NCBI GenBank assembly: GCA_016199425.1
Contig: JACQGT010000310.1
Span: forward strand, 1-29,402
Direction: 5' to 3'
From: Chloroflexota bacterium
GTDB lineage: Bacteria; Chloroflexota; Anaerolineae; Caldilineales; Caldilineaceae
DNA length: 29,402 nt
Positions 26,848 to 29,402 of this stretch are shown here, one piece after another (within the stretch, counting starts at the first letter, position 1; each line of letters begins with the position of its first letter). The notes under the pieces are model-generated. The model saw only the letters and a list, made by a program, of their open reading frames with translations, made no database searches and was not told where the DNA came from. A program made the position numbers and the translations under genes.

Positions 26848-28394
26848 AATTCTTCAACACCGCCGGTCCCTGCCGTCCTGAATATCATTATATGCTGCCC
26901 GCCGCGGCCCGGCTGCGGGAAGAAAATGTCATGCGCCTGATCGAAACCCAGAGCTATTTTGTGGTCCACGCCCCGCGCCAGACAGGTAAGACGACGGCCA
27001 TGCTGGGATTGGCTCAGGAGTTGACCGCATCGGGGAAGTATACGGCTGCCATGCTGACCCTGGAACTGGGGGCTGGACTGCCCGACGACCTGGGCGGGGC
27101 TGAACGCGCTATCCTCGCTGACTGGCGGCAATCCATCGCCCACGACCTGCCGCCAGAGCTGCATCCTCCGCCCTGGCCCAAAAGTGAGGAGGGCCAGCAG
27201 ATCAGCGCTGCCCTCAACGCTTGGGCGCTGCACAGCCAACGCGCGCTGGTAGTTCTTCTGGATGAGATCGACGCGCTGCAGAATCACGTCCTGATTTCGG
27301 TGTTGCGCCAGCTACGTGCGGGATACCCGCGGCGCCCTCGTTCCTTTCCCGCCGCTCTTGCCCTGATCGGGCTGCGCGATGTGCGGGACTACAAAGTCAA
27401 ATCCGGGGGCAGCCCCCACCAGGGCACCACCAGTCCCTTCAACATCGCTGTGCGCTCCATCACCCTGCGCAACTTTACCGAAGGCGAAGTCGCCGCCCTC
27501 TTGCAGCAGCACACCGCCGAGACAGGCCAGCCCTTCACGCCGGAGGCACTGGCGCACGTCTGGCATCTGACCCGGGGACAGCCCTGGCTAGTCAACGCCC
27601 TGGCCAAAGTGGCCGTGGAGGAGCTGGTCAACGCTCTGCAACAGCCTGTGGACGTCCCGGACATCGACGCCGCCAAAGAACTGCTCATCCTGCGCCGCCA
27701 GACACACCTGGACCAGCTTACGGATAAACTGCGCGAACCCCGCGTCCGTCACGTCATCGAGCCGCTGTTGGCCGGCGCATCCTTGAACAATATTCCGCTC
27801 GATGACCTGGAATACGTCACCGATTTGGGGTTGATTACGCGGGAGTACGGTGGAGTCCGGATCGCTAACCCCATCTATCAAGAAGTCATTCCCCGCACCC
27901 TGACTATCATCCCCGAAGCCTCCCTGCCGACAATTCACCCCACCTGGCTGACCGCCGACAACCAGCTCGACCCGGACAGGCTGCTGGCTGCCTTTCTCGA
28001 TTTCTGGCGGCAGCACGGCCAGCCTCTGCTCAAGAGCGCGCCCTATCACGAAATCGCGCCCCATCTGGTGTTGATGGCCTTTCTGCATCGGGTGATGAAC
28101 GGCAACGGGACAATCGAACGGGAGTACGCCATCGGCTCGAGGCGTATGGATTTGCTGGTGCGCTATGGCCCGGTGCGTCTGGCACTGGAATTGAAGGTCT
28201 GGCGCGATGGGGTCAAAGACCCCGCGGTCGAAGGGCTGGGTCAGTTGGACAGCTATCTAGACGGGCTGGGGCTGCCCACCGGCTGGCTGGTGATCTTCGA
28301 CCAGCGCAGCGGTCTGCCCGAAATTGCCGAACGGGTGACGACGGAGCAGGCGACGACCCCTGCCGGGCGTGTTGTGACTGTCATCCGCGCGTAG
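26844..28394 (+). CDS. AAA_35-like ATPase with C-terminal PD-(D/E)XK-like domain, 516 aa
   Basis: FFNTAGPC, HAPRQTGKT, VLLDEID, TSPFNI, TRGQPWLVN, GSRRMDLL..ALELK; ATGA overlap with the previous stop. Confidence 0.85.
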   Translation: MKFFNTAGPCRPEYHYMLPAAARLREENVMRLIETQSYFVVHAPRQTGKTTAMLGLAQELTASGKYTAAMLTLELGAGLPDDLGGAERAILADWRQSIAHDLPPELHPPPWPKSEEGQQISAALNAWALHSQRALVVLLDEIDALQNHVLISVLRQLRAGYPRRPRSFPAALALIGLRDVRDYKVKSGGSPHQGTTSPFNIAVRSITLRNFTEGEVAALLQQHTAETGQPFTPEALAHVWHLTRGQPWLVNALAKVAVEELVNALQQPVDVPDIDAAKELLILRRQTHLDQLTDKLREPRVRHVIEPLLAGASLNNIPLDDLEYVTDLGLITREYGGVRIANPIYQEVIPRTLTIIPEASLPTIHPTWLTADNQLDPDRLLAAFLDFWRQHGQPLLKSAPYHEIAPHLVLMAFLHRVMNGNGTIEREYAIGSRRMDLLVRYGPVRLALELKVWRDGVKDPAVEGLGQLDSYLDGLGLPTGWLVIFDQRSGLPEIAERVTTEQATTPAGRVVTVIRA

Positions 28395-28416
28395 GGTGTT
28401 GCCTCTGCGCCAAAAT

Positions 28417-28499
28417 CAGTAGATCGCAATAGATGCTCTCTGCCGGTCCGTGACCGGCGGGCGGGTCATGGACCGCGCCCGGAGCATTGCGCTCTACTG
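28417..28499. repeat. GTAG/CTAC-tagged compound hairpin (REP-like)
   Basis: Outer CAGTAGATCGCAAT / ATTGCGCTCTACTG (13/14); inner GGTCCGTGACC / GGTCATGGACC (10/11). Confidence 0.65.
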
Positions 28500-28577
28500 A
28501 GAATGCCTTTGATGCAGAAACCTCAGATCATCTGTGTTCCTCCGCGCTCCCTTACCGCCCGAAAAAGGAGGTGTCGT

Positions 28578-29402
28578 ATGGCCGCCCTTTCCGCCTCTCT
28601 TGACACTTGCGCCACCTGCGGAGAGCTGTTGAAGTTCCTGCGCCGCCGCGCCCGCCTCTCCCAGCGCGAACTCTCCATCGCCATCGGCTACAGCGAATCC
28701 CACATCAGCCGCATCGAAAACAACGAGCGACCCATCGATCGCTCCAGCCTGCTGGCCCTCTTTGTGCCTGCGCTGGACATCCAAAACGAGCCGGAGACCA
28801 TCGCCCGCCTCCTGGCGCTCTGCGAGCAGGCGCAGCCGCTGCCTGCCGACAACCCGCCTGGGCCTGTTCTGTCACAGCCCGCGCCAGGAGCTCAACCGGC
28901 GAACCGCAATCATCTGCCCGCTCAACTCACCTCCTTCGTCGGACGCCGGGAAGAAGTGGCCGAACTGCGTGATCTGCTGGCCGACAGGCAGACCCGGCTG
29001 CTCACCCTGACCGGCGCGGGCGGCTGCGGCAAGACCCGTCTGGCCCTGCGCGTGGGTGAAGAGATGGCCCATGCCTACAGCCACGGCGTCTGGCTGGTGG
29101 AATTGGCCCCGCTTGCCGACCCCCAACTGCTGGTCAGGGAAGTGGCTTCGACGTTCGATCTGCGCGAAAGCACCGACCACCCGCTTCTATCGGCCCTGGC
29201 AGACTTTCTGCATCCCCGCCAGGCCCTGCTCATCCTGGACAACTGCGAACATCTGGTGGATATGGCCGCGCATCTGGCGGCGACGCTCTTGCAGGCATGT
29301 CCCACTTTGCAGATTCTGGCCACCAGCCGGGAGAATCTGGCCATCCCCGGCGAGACCAACTACCCGATCCATCCCCTGGCCCTGCCCCCGGCGCTGCGGG
29401 GA
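28578..29402 (+). CDS. XRE-type HTH + NB-ARC-like STAND ATPase regulator, 3'-partial (runs off the window)
   Basis: Hand translation from ATG 28578 (AAGGAGG RBS): [65 protein letters not shown]; open to the window end. Confidence 0.9.
   Translation, partial: MAALSASLDTCATCGELLKFLRRRARLSQRELSIAIGYSESHISRIENNERPIDRSSLLALFVPALDIQNEPETIARLLALCEQAQPLPADNPPGPVLSQPAPGAQPANRNHLPAQLTSFVGRREEVAELRDLLADRQTRLLTLTGAGGCGKTRLALRVGEEMAHAYSHGVWLVELAPLADPQLLVREVASTFDLRESTDHPLLSALADFLHPRQALLILDNCEHLVDMAAHLAATLLQACPTLQILATSRENLAIPGETNYPIHPLALPPALRG

Noticed and set aside
26844-29402. Calling the ATPases a named Avs/NLR defence system
   Set aside because: The XRE- and LuxR-STAND proteins look like transcription regulators, and the AAA-nucleases show no diagnostic match to a named system that I can support.

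Overview
A GC-rich bacterial chromosomal segment. Gene content and intergenic repeat types suggest Chloroflexota (Caldilineae/Anaerolineae-like); this is inference, not a database result. Left to right it holds a DsrE-like gene, a membrane zinc-ribbon gene, an Aap/Bzt-type amino-acid ABC operon (aapJQMP-like), an SH3-SH3-clan GH-A glycoside hydrolase, a Cys-type sulfatase, a DRB0094/Rnl5-type RNA ligase, a truncated DUF4143 ATPase-nuclease remnant and a secreted beta-helix protein. These are followed by a large AAA-TPR-LuxR regulator, a jacalin / flavin reductase / flavin monooxygenase / hydrolase-methyltransferase / LLM / SDR run, a YdhR-rhodanese fusion with a methyltransferase, two tandem AAA+PD-(D/E)XK proteins, and a 3'-truncated XRE-STAND regulator. 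I found no rRNA, tRNA or CRISPR array. The most unusual signals are non-coding: (1) a 141-bp MITE with perfect 19-bp TIRs and a 9-bp target-site duplication, nested in a palindromic repeat and carrying a copy of that repeat; (2) four copies of a ~64-bp hairpin element with compensatory changes and an oriented spacer; (3) an identical 17-bp motif exactly 19 nt upstream of extended -10 boxes at two loci 11 kb apart; (4) leaderless-type promoters on both AAA-nuclease genes; (5) inverted repeat arms bracketing the RNA ligase gene. Starts were reassigned by hand from RBS and homology logic, and no database searches were run.
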